Positions 25,268 to 34,837 of a DNA stretch of 64,000 nt are shown here, one piece after another. Below the pieces are notes generated by a model. The model was not told the origin of the DNA and searched no databases. It was given only the letters and a program-made list of their open reading frames with translations. The translations under genes were made by a program, and so were the position numbers. This DNA is from Escherichia coli (GTDB lineage Bacteria; Pseudomonadota; Gammaproteobacteria; Enterobacterales; Enterobacteriaceae). The stretch's first letter is position 1; every line of letters begins with the position of its first letter. The stretch is taken from assembly GCF_013122565.1 (NCBI RefSeq), contig NZ_CP053258.1; one strand, written 5' to 3'.

Positions 25268-25723
25268 ATGCAAGAAGGGCAAAACCGTAAAACATCGTCC
25301 CTGAGTATTCTCGCCATCGCTGGGGTGGAGCCATATCAGGAGAAGCCGGGCGAAGAGTATATGAATGAAGCCCAGCTGGCGCACTTCCGTCGTATTCTGG
25401 AAGCATGGCGTAATCAACTCAGGGATGAAGTCGATCGCACCGTTACACATATGCAGGATGAAGCAGCCAACTTCCCGGACCCGGTAGACCGTGCAGCCCA
25501 GGAAGAAGAGTTCAGCCTCGAACTGCGTAACCGCGATCGCGAGCGTAAGCTGATCAAAAAGATCGAGAAGACGCTGAAAAAAGTGGAAGACGAAGATTTC
25601 GGCTACTGCGAATCCTGCGGTGTTGAAATTGGTATTCGCCGTCTGGAAGCGCGCCCGACAGCCGATCTGTGCATCGACTGCAAAACGCTGGCTGAAATTC
25701 GCGAAAAACAGATGGCTGGCTAA
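25268..25723 (+). CDS. dksA: RNA polymerase-binding transcription factor DksA
   Basis: 151-aa sequence [31 protein letters not shown]... with C4 zinc finger ([26 protein letters not shown]); recognised as DksA. Confidence 0.97.
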   Translation: MQEGQNRKTSSLSILAIAGVEPYQEKPGEEYMNEAQLAHFRRILEAWRNQLRDEVDRTVTHMQDEAANFPDPVDRAAQEEEFSLELRNRDRERKLIKKIEKTLKKVEDEDFGYCESCGVEIGIRRLEARPTADLCIDCKTLAEIREKQMAG

Positions 25724-25751
25724 TTACAGCCGTTCCATCACGTTTACCACA

Positions 25752-25779
25752 GGCGGGAAATGCTCCCGCCTTATTTTTT
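25752..25779 (+). terminator. Rho-independent terminator downstream of dksA
   Basis: ggcggga-aatgc-tcccgcc stem-loop followed by ttatttttt; lies 28 nt after the dksA stop and 10 nt upstream of the gluQ ATG at 25790. Confidence 0.75.
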
Positions 25780-25789
25780 GTTCAAAGAG

Positions 25790-26686
25790 ATGACAGACAC
25801 ACACTATATTGGCCGCTTCGCCCCCTCTCCTTCCGGCGAGCTTCATTTTGGTTCTCTGATTGCTGCGCTTGGCAGCTATTTGCAGGCTCGCGCCCGGCAA
25901 GGTCGCTGGCTGGTACGCATTGAAGATATCGACCCGCCTCGTGAAGTTCCCGGTGCCGCAGAAACTATCCTGCGCCAGCTGGAACATTACGGTCTGCACT
26001 GGGACGGCGATGTTCTCTGGCAATCGCAACGTCACCACGCCTATCGCGAAGCACTCGCCTGGTTACATAAACAAGGACTAAGTTATTACTGCACCTGCAC
26101 GCGTGCGCGTATTCAAAGCATTGGTGGTATTTACGACGGTCATTGCCGGGAATTGCATCATGGACCAGATAACGCCGCAGTGCGTATCCGCCAGCAGCAT
26201 CCGGTCACCCAGTTTACTGACCAGCTGCGCGGCATTATTCACGCCGAAGAAAAACTGGCGAGGGAAGATTTTATTATTCATCGCCGTGATGGTTTGTTTG
26301 CCTATAACCTGGCGGTGGTGGTGGATGATCACTTCCAGGGCGTGAGCGAAATTGTCCGCGGGGCAGATTTGATCGAACCGACAGTGCGGCAAATCTCGCT
26401 GTACCAGCTTTTTGGCTGGCAAGTGCCAGATTACATTCATCTGCCGCTGGCGCTTAATCCACAAGGCGCTAAACTTTCCAAGCAGAATCATGCGCCTGCG
26501 TTGCCGAAAGGCGATCCACGCCCGGTACTAATCGCGGCACTTCAATTTCTGGGGCAGCAGGCAGAAGCACACTGGCAGGATTTCAGCGTCGAGCAAATCC
26601 TTCAGTCAGCCGTCAAAAACTGGATGCTGACCGCCGTGCCTGAGTCGGCAATTGTAAATTCAACATTCTCAAATGCGTCATGCTGA
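25790..26686 (+). CDS. gluQ: Glutamyl-Q tRNA(Asp) synthetase (GluQ-RS, YadB)
   Basis: Class I aminoacyl-tRNA synthetase-like ORF (HIGH-like motif [10 protein letters not shown]); start set at [10 protein letters not shown] (25790); the track ORF extends to an in-frame ATG at 25760, which would place the dksA terminator inside the ORF. Confidence 0.85.
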   Translation: MTDTHYIGRFAPSPSGELHFGSLIAALGSYLQARARQGRWLVRIEDIDPPREVPGAAETILRQLEHYGLHWDGDVLWQSQRHHAYREALAWLHKQGLSYYCTCTRARIQSIGGIYDGHCRELHHGPDNAAVRIRQQHPVTQFTDQLRGIIHAEEKLAREDFIIHRRDGLFAYNLAVVVDDHFQGVSEIVRGADLIEPTVRQISLYQLFGWQVPDYIHLPLALNPQGAKLSKQNHAPALPKGDPRPVLIAALQFLGQQAEAHWQDFSVEQILQSAVKNWMLTAVPESAIVNSTFSNASC

Positions 26687-26745
26687 GCTATGATTAGCCG
26701 CTATTTTTTTGTCCTGAATGATGTTTGACACTACCGAGGTGTACT

Positions 26746-28143
26746 ATTTTTACCCGAGTCGCTAATTTTTGCCGCAAGGTGCTAAGCCGCGAGGAAAGCG
26801 AGGCTGAACAGGCAGTCGCCCGTCCACAGGTGACGGTGATCCCGCGTGAGCAGCATGCTATTTCCCGCAAAGATATCAGTGAAAATGCCCTGAAGGTAAT
26901 GTACAGGCTCAATAAAGCGGGATACGAAGCCTGGCTGGTTGGCGGCGGCGTGCGCGACCTGTTACTTGGCAAAAAGCCGAAAGATTTTGACGTAACCACT
27001 AACGCCACGCCTGAGCAGGTGCGCAAACTGTTCCGTAACTGCCGCCTGGTGGGTCGCCGTTTCCGTCTGGCTCATGTGATGTTTGGCCCGGAGATTATCG
27101 AAGTTGCGACCTTTCGTGGACACCACGAAGGTAACGTCAGCGACCGCACGACCTCCCAACGTGGGCAAAACGGCATGTTGCTGCGCGATAACATCTTCGG
27201 CTCCATCGAAGAAGACGCCCAGCGCCGCGATTTCACTATCAACAGCCTGTATTACAGCGTAGCGGATTTTACCGTCCGTGATTACGTTGGCGGCATGAAG
27301 GATCTGAAGGACGGCGTTATCCGTCTGATTGGTAACCCGGAAACGCGCTACCGTGAAGATCCGGTACGTATGCTGCGCGCAGTACGTTTTGCCGCCAAAT
27401 TGGGTATGCGCATCAGCCCGGAAACCGCAGAACCGATCCCTCGCCTCGCTACCCTGCTGAACGATATCCCACCGGCACGCCTGTTTGAAGAATCGCTTAA
27501 ACTGCTACAAGCGGGCTACGGTTACGAAACCTATAAGCTGCTGTGTGAATATCATCTGTTCCAGCCGCTGTTCCCGACCATTACCCGCTACTTCACGGAA
27601 AATGGCGACAGCCCGATGGAGCGGATCATTGAACAGGTGCTGAAGAATACCGATACGCGTATCCATAACGATATGCGCGTGAACCCGGCGTTCCTGTTTG
27701 CCGCCATGTTCTGGTACCCACTGCTGGAGACGGCACAGAAGATCGCCCAGGAAAGCGGCCTGACCTATCACGACGCTTTCGCGCTGGCGATGAACGACGT
27801 GCTGGACGAGGCCTGCCGTTCACTGGCAATCCCGAAACGTCTGACGACGTTAACCCGCGATATCTGGCAGTTGCAGTTGCGTATGTCCCGACGTCAGGGT
27901 AAACGCGCATGGAAACTGCTGGAGCATCCTAAGTTCCGTGCGGCTTATGACCTGTTGGCCTTGCGAGCTGAAGTTGAACGTAACGCTGAATTGCAGCGTC
28001 TGGTGAAATGGTGGGGTGAGTTCCAGGTTTCCGCGCCACCAGACCAAAAAGGGATGCTCAACGAGCTGGATGAAGAGCCGTCACCGCGTCGCCGTACTCG
28101 TCGTCCACGCAAACGCGCACCGCGTCGTGAGGGTACCGCATGA
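26746..28143 (+). CDS. pcnB: Poly(A) polymerase I
   Basis: Nucleotidyltransferase family ORF ([10 protein letters not shown]); track ORF starts 26725, but E. coli pcnB is reported to initiate at a non-canonical AUU codon, giving (M)[16 protein letters not shown] at 26746 (465 codons); stop overlaps folK start. Confidence 0.85.
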
Positions 28144-28619
28144 CATTGGCGTATATTGCCATAGGCAGCAATCTGGCCTCTCCGCTGGAGCAGGTCAATG
28201 CTGCCCTTAAAGCATTAGGCGATATCCCTGAAAGCCGCATTCTTGCCGTTTCTTCGTTTTACCGCACCCCACCGCTGGGGCCGCAAGATCAACCCGATTA
28301 CCTCAACGCCGCCGTGGCGCTTGAAACTTCGCTCGCCCCGGAAGAGTTACTCAACCATACACAGCGCATAGAACTGCAACAGGGTCGTGTTCGTAAAGCT
28401 GAACGCTGGGGACCACGCACGCTGGATCTCGACATCATGCTGTTTGGTAATGAAGTGATAAATACCGAACGCCTGACCGTTCCGCACTACGATATGAAGA
28501 ATCGTGGATTTATGCTATGGCCGCTGTTTGAGATTGCACCGGAGTTGGTGTTTCCTGATGGGGAGACGTTGGCGACAAGGCTCACCAATTTGAACGCCTT
28601 ATGCCCACAACGCTGGTGA
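28140..28619 (+). CDS. folK: 2-amino-4-hydroxy-6-hydroxymethyldihydropteridine pyrophosphokinase (HPPK)
   Basis: 159-aa [30 protein letters not shown]...; start overlaps pcnB stop (ATGA); the last ~17 residues ([19 protein letters not shown]) differ from the K-12 HPPK tail as I remember it. Confidence 0.93.
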
Positions 28620-29023
28620 ACTTGCTATAGCAAAGAGTAAATTCATTCAGCGTTTTCTTTACGTTTTTTTAATATTAATTCTTTCTCAAATCTAAGCATA
28701 ATATTTAATAAAACGCATTTCATAGCTTTCGTGTTTTTGTCTGTGCGCTAACTATTCCGACAATAGATTAGTTAAAAAGCCTTCACCACCTTATTGATAC
28801 ATTAAAAGAATAACAGATGTAAAAATACAGACTTTTAAACGCCCAATTAATAAAAACATCATTCAAACAAATAATTAAAGATTATAAATACACACAATGA
28901 ATATTATTTATTTTCTCGCCCCCTTACATTCACCAGATCTATTTTTATTCCATTTGCATAAGCTTTATAATTTGCTGAGGTGACTCTTCTCACCTCTCTA
29001 TTATTTTTATAAGGACATTAAAT
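28620..29023 (+). promoter_or_regulatory. AT-rich ~400-bp upstream region of the fimbrial operon (likely promoter, candidate H-NS-silenced)
   Basis: Long, strongly A+T-rich non-coding stretch with many A/T tracts directly upstream of the fimbrial major-subunit gene; no ORF. Confidence 0.5.
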
Positions 29024-29596
29024 ATGTTAAAGAAAAGCGCTATTGCTGCGGCATTAGTTATGTTTACCAGTTCGGCCTTCGCGCTGGATGGCGGCCAGCT
29101 GGATTTCGCAGGTTTGGTGAGTGACAACACGTGTATCCTGCACGTCAACGGTGGTGCACAGGATGGACAAATTAATCTTGCAACCGCCACAACGGCTGAA
29201 GTTACAGGTGCTGGCGTAGTCAATGCAGCCAGTGTCGGCGCGAAACCTGAACCGTTCTCTATTACAGTGGATTGCTCAGCAAACACGCCTGCCGCCGCTG
29301 AAGCCAATCTGAATATGAGCTCAGTTTTCTTCAGTAACAGCCAGGGCACCCTGAATAACGATATGTCCGTAAGCCAGGCGGCAAGCGGCGTCGCTATTGC
29401 CGTTCACTATGTACCAAGCGCCGGCACTTTCGAGCAGGTCAAAATCAATGACAGCACCGATATTAAAAACCTCACGTTAACCAACGGTAAAGGGACCTGG
29501 AACTTCCAGGCATCTTACGTTAAGCAGGCAGCGTCGATTCCTGTCGTTGCCGGGTTTGTGAAAACCAACGCGGCTTATACGATCACTTACCCGTAA
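29024..29596 (+). CDS. yadN: Fimbrial major subunit (chaperone-usher pathway), yadN-position
   Basis: 190-aa ORF with signal peptide and C-terminal aromatic donor-strand motif (YTITYP); first gene of a 7-gene operon in the yadN position next to folK; symbol assigned by position and architecture, sequence divergent from K-12. Confidence 0.8.
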   Translation: MLKKSAIAAALVMFTSSAFALDGGQLDFAGLVSDNTCILHVNGGAQDGQINLATATTAEVTGAGVVNAASVGAKPEPFSITVDCSANTPAAAEANLNMSSVFFSNSQGTLNNDMSVSQAASGVAIAVHYVPSAGTFEQVKINDSTDIKNLTLTNGKGTWNFQASYVKQAASIPVVAGFVKTNAAYTITYP

Positions 29597-29658
29597 TTCA
29601 GATACAGACCAGGCAGTCGATGTCGGGCTGCCTGTATGACTTTAATAAGGACATCATT

Positions 29659-30402
29659 ATGACCAGGACGCGTCAGTTACTCCTTGCTTCACTTTTCACC
29701 TGCGCAGGTGCATTAGCCAGCTTTTCCGCCTGTGCCGATATTGTGCTTTCCGGCACGCGTATTATTTACAACGCAAGTCAGAAAGAAGTCTCCCTGCGTA
29801 TGGAAAACAAAGGCAGCCGCCCGCTGCTGGTACAAACGTGGATCGATACCGGGAGTGAAAACGCGGATCCCAGCACCATCACCGTGCCTTTTACCGTCAC
29901 GCCACCGGTCTCTCGTGTGGACGGTAAACGTGGGCAGACGGTGAAAATCGCCTGGAATACCAGCCAAACGTTGCCCGCCGATCGCGAAAGTGTTTTCTGG
30001 TTCAATGCGCTGGAAGTCCCCCCCAAAATGAGCGAGACCGAGGCTCAGGGGAAAAATATCCTGCAACTGGCGTTCCGCACCCGCATCAAGCTGTTTTATC
30101 GCCCGGCTAACCTGGTCGGCAGCGCCCCGGACGCCCCCAAACAACTGACCTGGCATCTGCAATCCTCTGGCGGGAAAGTTGTGCTTCAGGCCACTAACCC
30201 AACGCCATTCCACGTCTCTTTTAGCGGTATTAGCCTGATTTCGGGCGGAAAAAAATACGCCGTCGACGCCACGATGGTCTCCCCGAAAAGCAGCGCTGAC
30301 ATGACGGTGAAAGGTCTGAGCACAGCGCCCGCTGGCGCGACGATTGACTATATCGCCATTAACGACTTCGGCGGCGCCATTGAAGGCAAAGTGAAGCTTT
30401 GA
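29659..30402 (+). CDS. yadV: Periplasmic fimbrial chaperone (PapD-like), yadV/ecpD-position
   Basis: Track ORF 29620..30402; start set at MTRTRQLLLASLF (29659) with AAGGA SD; PapD-like chaperone features. Confidence 0.82.
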   Translation: MTRTRQLLLASLFTCAGALASFSACADIVLSGTRIIYNASQKEVSLRMENKGSRPLLVQTWIDTGSENADPSTITVPFTVTPPVSRVDGKRGQTVKIAWNTSQTLPADRESVFWFNALEVPPKMSETEAQGKNILQLAFRTRIKLFYRPANLVGSAPDAPKQLTWHLQSSGGKVVLQATNPTPFHVSFSGISLISGGKKYAVDATMVSPKSSADMTVKGLSTAPAGATIDYIAINDFGGAIEGKVKL

Positions 30403-30432
30403 CGCGCTGAATAACCACGCAGGGATTGCACA

Positions 30433-33054
30433 ATGACGACGCCTTTCAACGGCACAAAATTTCCCCTCTCTCCACTCGCTTGTCTGGTGGCGTGCAGTCT
30501 GCTGCCCTGCGCGTACAGCGCCATGGCGGCAGAGGAAGCCGTTGAATTTGATAACACCTTCCTGATGGGGGCCGGTGCCAGGAATATCGACGTCAATCGC
30601 TACAGTGATGGCAACCCCGCGTTACCTGGTCGTCACGACGTTAGTGTGTTTATCAACAATAAGCCGACCAGCAATCTGTCCATCGAGTTTATTGAAATAG
30701 CGAATAGCCGTAGCGCCCAACCCTGTATTTCTGCCAGCACCCTGCTCCAGTTGCATATTCGCCTGCCGGATAATCTCGACGATACGGCGATTTTGCAGAA
30801 ACGGGACAGTACCGCGCAGGACTGTCTTAATCTTGAGGTCGCCATTCCCCAGTCCAGCCTCACCTATAACAGTAACGATCAGCGGCTGGACATTAATGTG
30901 CCTCAGCTGTGGTTGCAAAAAACTTACGCTAACTATGTGGATCCTTCCCTGTGGGACGAAGGGATCAACGCAGCCATGTTTTCTTACACGCTGAATGGCT
31001 GGCGCAGTGAGTCGCCCAATCAAACCGCAGAAAGTACCTATGCCGGGCTGATGGGCGGCTTTAATTTATGGGGATGGCACTTCCGGTCGCACGGCAACTA
31101 TTCATGGGACAAAGAGAGTGGCGGCAGTTTCGAGTTCCAGGACAAGTACCTGCAACGTGATATCGTCAAACTGCGGTCGCAGCTGGTTGTCGGTGAAACC
31201 AACACCACGGGGGAGACCTTTGATTCCGTTCGTATTCGCGGGGTTCGTCTCTACAGCGAAAGCCGCATGCTGCCACCGACGCTCGCCTCTTACGCGCCGG
31301 TGATCCGTGGGGTCGCAAACTCCAACGCCAAAGTAACGATTACCCAGAACGGCTACAAGATTTACGAAACGACGGTGCCGCCAGGCCCCTTTGCTATCGA
31401 TGACTTATCGCCAGCCGGATTTGGTGCCGATCTCGAAGTCACGGTCACCGAATCTGACGGCTCACAGCGAACATTCACCCAGGCCTATTCATCGGTGATC
31501 CAGATGATGCGCCCCGGCGTGGGCAAATGGGACATCAGCGCGGGTGAAGTCAAAAAGGATGAGCTAAAGGACAATCCCAACCTGATACAGGGAACGTACT
31601 ACTACGGGTTAAGCAATACGTTTACCGGCTATACCGGCCTGCAAATGACCGATAACGGCTACTGGGCCGGGTTGTTAGGGCTTGGGATGAACACCTCATT
31701 GGGGGCATTTTCCCTGGATGTGACGCAGTCGCACACCGAAATTCCCAACGATAAAACCTATGAGGGCCAGAGCTACCGTATTTCGTGGAACAAATATTTT
31801 GCACCGACCGAAACGTCACTCAACATTGCGGCCTATCGCTACTCGACAAAAAACTATCTCGGCCTGAACGATGCCTTAACGCTGATTAACTCCGCTAACC
31901 ATCCTTATGATGATGGCTACAAGGGAATCGTCTCCTATGGGCGTATGAAAAACCAGTTCAGCGTCAGCCTCAACCAGACGTTAAAAAATGGCGAGCGGGA
32001 TTATGGTTCCTTCTATCTGAATGGGACCTGGACGGACTACTGGGTTACGAATGAATCACAGAGTAGTTTTGCGTTTGGTTACAGCAACGGCTTTGACTGG
32101 GCCAGCTACAGCGTCAGCCTGCAACGAACCTATGATGAAGACAATAACAAAGATGACTCTATCTATCTCAGCTTGACCATCCCGCTGGACAAACTGTTTG
32201 GCCGCGATAGCCGCGAAGGGGGCTTCAGAACGCTCAATACCAGTGTCAACAGCGATATGAAAGGCAGCTCGCAATATAACGCTAACGCCACCGGCTACAG
32301 CCAGGACAACCGCTGGAACTACAGCGTCAACACCTCCTATAACGCAATGAAAGAGACGGAGAGCCTGAAAACCATCAGTGGTTTCACCAGCTATGAGTCC
32401 CCCTGGGGAACCCTTTCCGGTTCCGTCTCCGCCAGTAGCGACCACAGTCGTCAGTATGGCGTGAGTACCGATGGCGGCTTTGTGCTACATCGCCACGGGC
32501 TCACGTTTAGCAACGATAGTTTCACCGACTCAGACACGCTGGCGCTGGTCAATGCCCCCGGCGCGAAAGGGGCGCAAATCAACTTTGGCAGCAGTACCGT
32601 GGACCGATTTGGCTACGGGGTGACCAGTGCGCTTTCTCCGTATCACGAAAACACCGTCGCCCTCAACGTAGACAACCTGGATGAAGATGTAGAGCTAAAA
32701 AGCACCAGCACCGTTGCGATCCCACGCCAGGGTGCCGTTATCTTCAGCCATTTCGACACTGACACCGGGCGTTCCGCCATTCTTAACCTGCTGCGCAGTG
32801 ATAAACAGCCCGTACCGTTTGCTTCCGATGTCACGGACAGCCGTGGGCAGTCCATCGGCACGGTTGGGCAAGGGAGCCAGGCTTTCGTTCGCGGCATTGC
32901 CGACGAAGGGGATCTGGTGGTTTCCTGGTATGAAAAAAATAGCCAGAAACAGTGTCGCATTCACTACCAGATACCGCCCTCTCCCACCATGACGGGCAAA
33001 ACTATCGTATTAAACGCCGTGCCCTGCACCCTGCAATCACAGGAGAGGAAATGA
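30433..33054 (+). CDS. htrE: Fimbrial outer membrane usher (PapC/FimD family), htrE-position
   Basis: 873-aa ORF with signal peptide, conserved usher core (RLYSESRMLPPTLASYAPVIRGVANSNAKVTITQNGYKIYETTVPPGPF) and C-terminal Cys pair. Confidence 0.88.
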   Translation: MTTPFNGTKFPLSPLACLVACSLLPCAYSAMAAEEAVEFDNTFLMGAGARNIDVNRYSDGNPALPGRHDVSVFINNKPTSNLSIEFIEIANSRSAQPCISASTLLQLHIRLPDNLDDTAILQKRDSTAQDCLNLEVAIPQSSLTYNSNDQRLDINVPQLWLQKTYANYVDPSLWDEGINAAMFSYTLNGWRSESPNQTAESTYAGLMGGFNLWGWHFRSHGNYSWDKESGGSFEFQDKYLQRDIVKLRSQLVVGETNTTGETFDSVRIRGVRLYSESRMLPPTLASYAPVIRGVANSNAKVTITQNGYKIYETTVPPGPFAIDDLSPAGFGADLEVTVTESDGSQRTFTQAYSSVIQMMRPGVGKWDISAGEVKKDELKDNPNLIQGTYYYGLSNTFTGYTGLQMTDNGYWAGLLGLGMNTSLGAFSLDVTQSHTEIPNDKTYEGQSYRISWNKYFAPTETSLNIAAYRYSTKNYLGLNDALTLINSANHPYDDGYKGIVSYGRMKNQFSVSLNQTLKNGERDYGSFYLNGTWTDYWVTNESQSSFAFGYSNGFDWASYSVSLQRTYDEDNNKDDSIYLSLTIPLDKLFGRDSREGGFRTLNTSVNSDMKGSSQYNANATGYSQDNRWNYSVNTSYNAMKETESLKTISGFTSYESPWGTLSGSVSASSDHSRQYGVSTDGGFVLHRHGLTFSNDSFTDSDTLALVNAPGAKGAQINFGSSTVDRFGYGVTSALSPYHENTVALNVDNLDEDVELKSTSTVAIPRQGAVIFSHFDTDTGRSAILNLLRSDKQPVPFASDVTDSRGQSIGTVGQGSQAFVRGIADEGDLVVSWYEKNSQKQCRIHYQIPPSPTMTGKTIVLNAVPCTLQSQERK

Positions 33055-33623
33055 GATTCTTTTTACGGTTAATCCTGTTACTGACGACGCTGCTCAATGC
33101 CTCGTGGGCGTTGGCCGTCAATATTTCGGTTAACTTTACCGCGACGATCAAAGAGACCACCTGCGCCATGACGGTGAGCGCACTCAATGGCGCGAATCTT
33201 AGCGGTGACTCGGCATCAGAGAACTACTTTCTGGATTTACCCACAATGGGGGTTTCCGATATCACCAATAAAACGTCCAAAACCGAAGCCAGCTTTAAGC
33301 TATTACCGATTAACTGTAATAACTACATCTCCAGCATGTCGATGACCATTGGCGGTAAACACAGCGGTTATACCGACACGTTGCTGGTGAATGATTCCTC
33401 GGTTACAGGAGGAGCCAGTTACATTGGCGTGGGCTTTAAACGGCTTAATGACGATGACAGCCTGCGGTTTAAGGTGGATGGAACGACGTCAATTAACTGG
33501 ACACGCAATGACATTGCCAATGGATTTGATATTACTGGAATAGTTCGCCGGACAACGAGTTCTTACAACATGATACCCGGTCTGGTTCAGACAAAAGCGA
33601 TATTCGTTTTTACTTATAACTAA
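33051..33623 (+). CDS. yadM: Fimbrial minor subunit, yadM-position
   Basis: Start MRFFLRLILLLTTLL at ATG 33051 overlapping the usher stop (ATGA), AGGAGAGG SD; 190 aa; C-terminal FVFTYN. Confidence 0.78.
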   Translation: MRFFLRLILLLTTLLNASWALAVNISVNFTATIKETTCAMTVSALNGANLSGDSASENYFLDLPTMGVSDITNKTSKTEASFKLLPINCNNYISSMSMTIGGKHSGYTDTLLVNDSSVTGGASYIGVGFKRLNDDDSLRFKVDGTTSINWTRNDIANGFDITGIVRRTTSSYNMIPGLVQTKAIFVFTYN

Positions 33624-33635
33624 CAGGGATGGTGT

Positions 33636-34232
33636 ATGAATTATCAACGCATAATTGTAGCGCTATTGTTAATCATCGGAATAAATACGCAATGCCTGGC
33701 TGGCTCCAGTTCGTTGAACGTGACGGTGAGGACAACCGTTACCGCCAGTACCTGCACAGCAGAGCTTCACAATGCGCAGGACCTGCAAGCGACAACAATT
33801 GATATTGGTGATGTCTATCTGAACGAACTTGCAAATAAGACTAAATATCAGAATTTCAGCCTGGTGTTTTCAAATTGTGAAGGCTTAGCCAAAGATCAGG
33901 CGACCGTCACACTTTCTCCGCAAACAGGCTGCGATGGTGCATCCAGTACGGGTGGCGGATTTCGCAACGCACTGGCCTCCAGCGACAATGATGCGGCAAC
34001 CGGCGTATCGATTGAAGTATGGACGACCAATCAGCCGGAAGGTCAGGGAAGTGTGCAGCTAAACTGCAAGACAAAACCGACCAGTATTGTCGATCTGACG
34101 GGCGCGTCAGGTGCGAACGTTGTCCACTGGTGGTTAAGCTCCAGAATTGTCGTCGCCGCGGATAACACTATCGCCGATGTACGTGCAGGGCAGTTCTCCA
34201 CCAACGCTGTCTTTTCAGTAACCTATGAGTAA
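33636..34232 (+). CDS. yadL: Fimbrial minor subunit, yadL-position
   Basis: 198-aa ORF with signal peptide; C-terminal FSVTYE donor-strand-like motif. Confidence 0.78.
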   Translation: MNYQRIIVALLLIIGINTQCLAGSSSLNVTVRTTVTASTCTAELHNAQDLQATTIDIGDVYLNELANKTKYQNFSLVFSNCEGLAKDQATVTLSPQTGCDGASSTGGGFRNALASSDNDAATGVSIEVWTTNQPEGQGSVQLNCKTKPTSIVDLTGASGANVVHWWLSSRIVVAADNTIADVRAGQFSTNAVFSVTYE

Positions 34233-34238
34233 ACGACG

Positions 34239-34811
34239 ATGAAATCACGTTTTCGACTGTTCGTTTCCGGCTTATGGTTTATTACAGCGGCCTGTATTGC
34301 CAACACCAATATTAATATGACCGCCAACGTTGTCAGCACCAGTTGCAAAGTCACCCTCGACAATAGCGGCAGCATTGATTTAGGCACGGTTAATTACGAC
34401 TATCTGAACACGAATACTGCCGTGGATCGCGTTTATACCGGTGGTCAGGCGTTCTACATCACCGTCAGTGACTGCGCGCAGATGGCGGGTAAAAATCCTT
34501 CCCGTCTTACGGTGAGTTTTACGCCCGTCGGGGGTACCCTCGGCGCAACTAATCAACAGGTTTTTGCCAATCAGGCAGCCGATGGCGCTAAAAACGTCGG
34601 CATCGTAATTTTATCCACCCAGGATGCGCAAAGTATTTTCAATGTGCTGGATACCCACGGCCAATCGCAAAGTATTTACCCCGTGAGCGCGGATCAGCTA
34701 GCCAATGCCACCTACCATTTTTATGCACGGATGCAGAAGATCGACCTGGCGCAAGCCGCCACCAGCGGTGTAGTGCGGGCCAGTGTGTTTGTCGGTGTTT
34801 ATTATGAATAA
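34239..34811 (+). CDS. yadK: Fimbrial minor subunit, yadK-position
   Basis: 190-aa ORF with signal peptide; C-terminal VGVYYE. Confidence 0.78.
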   Translation: MKSRFRLFVSGLWFITAACIANTNINMTANVVSTSCKVTLDNSGSIDLGTVNYDYLNTNTAVDRVYTGGQAFYITVSDCAQMAGKNPSRLTVSFTPVGGTLGATNQQVFANQAADGAKNVGIVILSTQDAQSIFNVLDTHGQSQSIYPVSADQLANATYHFYARMQKIDLAQAATSGVVRASVFVGVYYE

Positions 34812-34837
34812 CGTTTTACGTTCTCAAGGATGATGAA

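Noticed and set aside
25760-25789. Longer gluQ start at 25760 (308 codons)
   Set aside because: It would place the dksA rho-independent terminator inside the coding sequence; the 25790 start is preferred but not proven.
28620-29023. Possible phase-variation invertible switch upstream of the fimbrial operon
   Set aside because: I could not identify flanking inverted repeats of the fim-switch type or multiple GATC sites by eye; there is no recombinase gene nearby. Left as an AT-rich promoter region.
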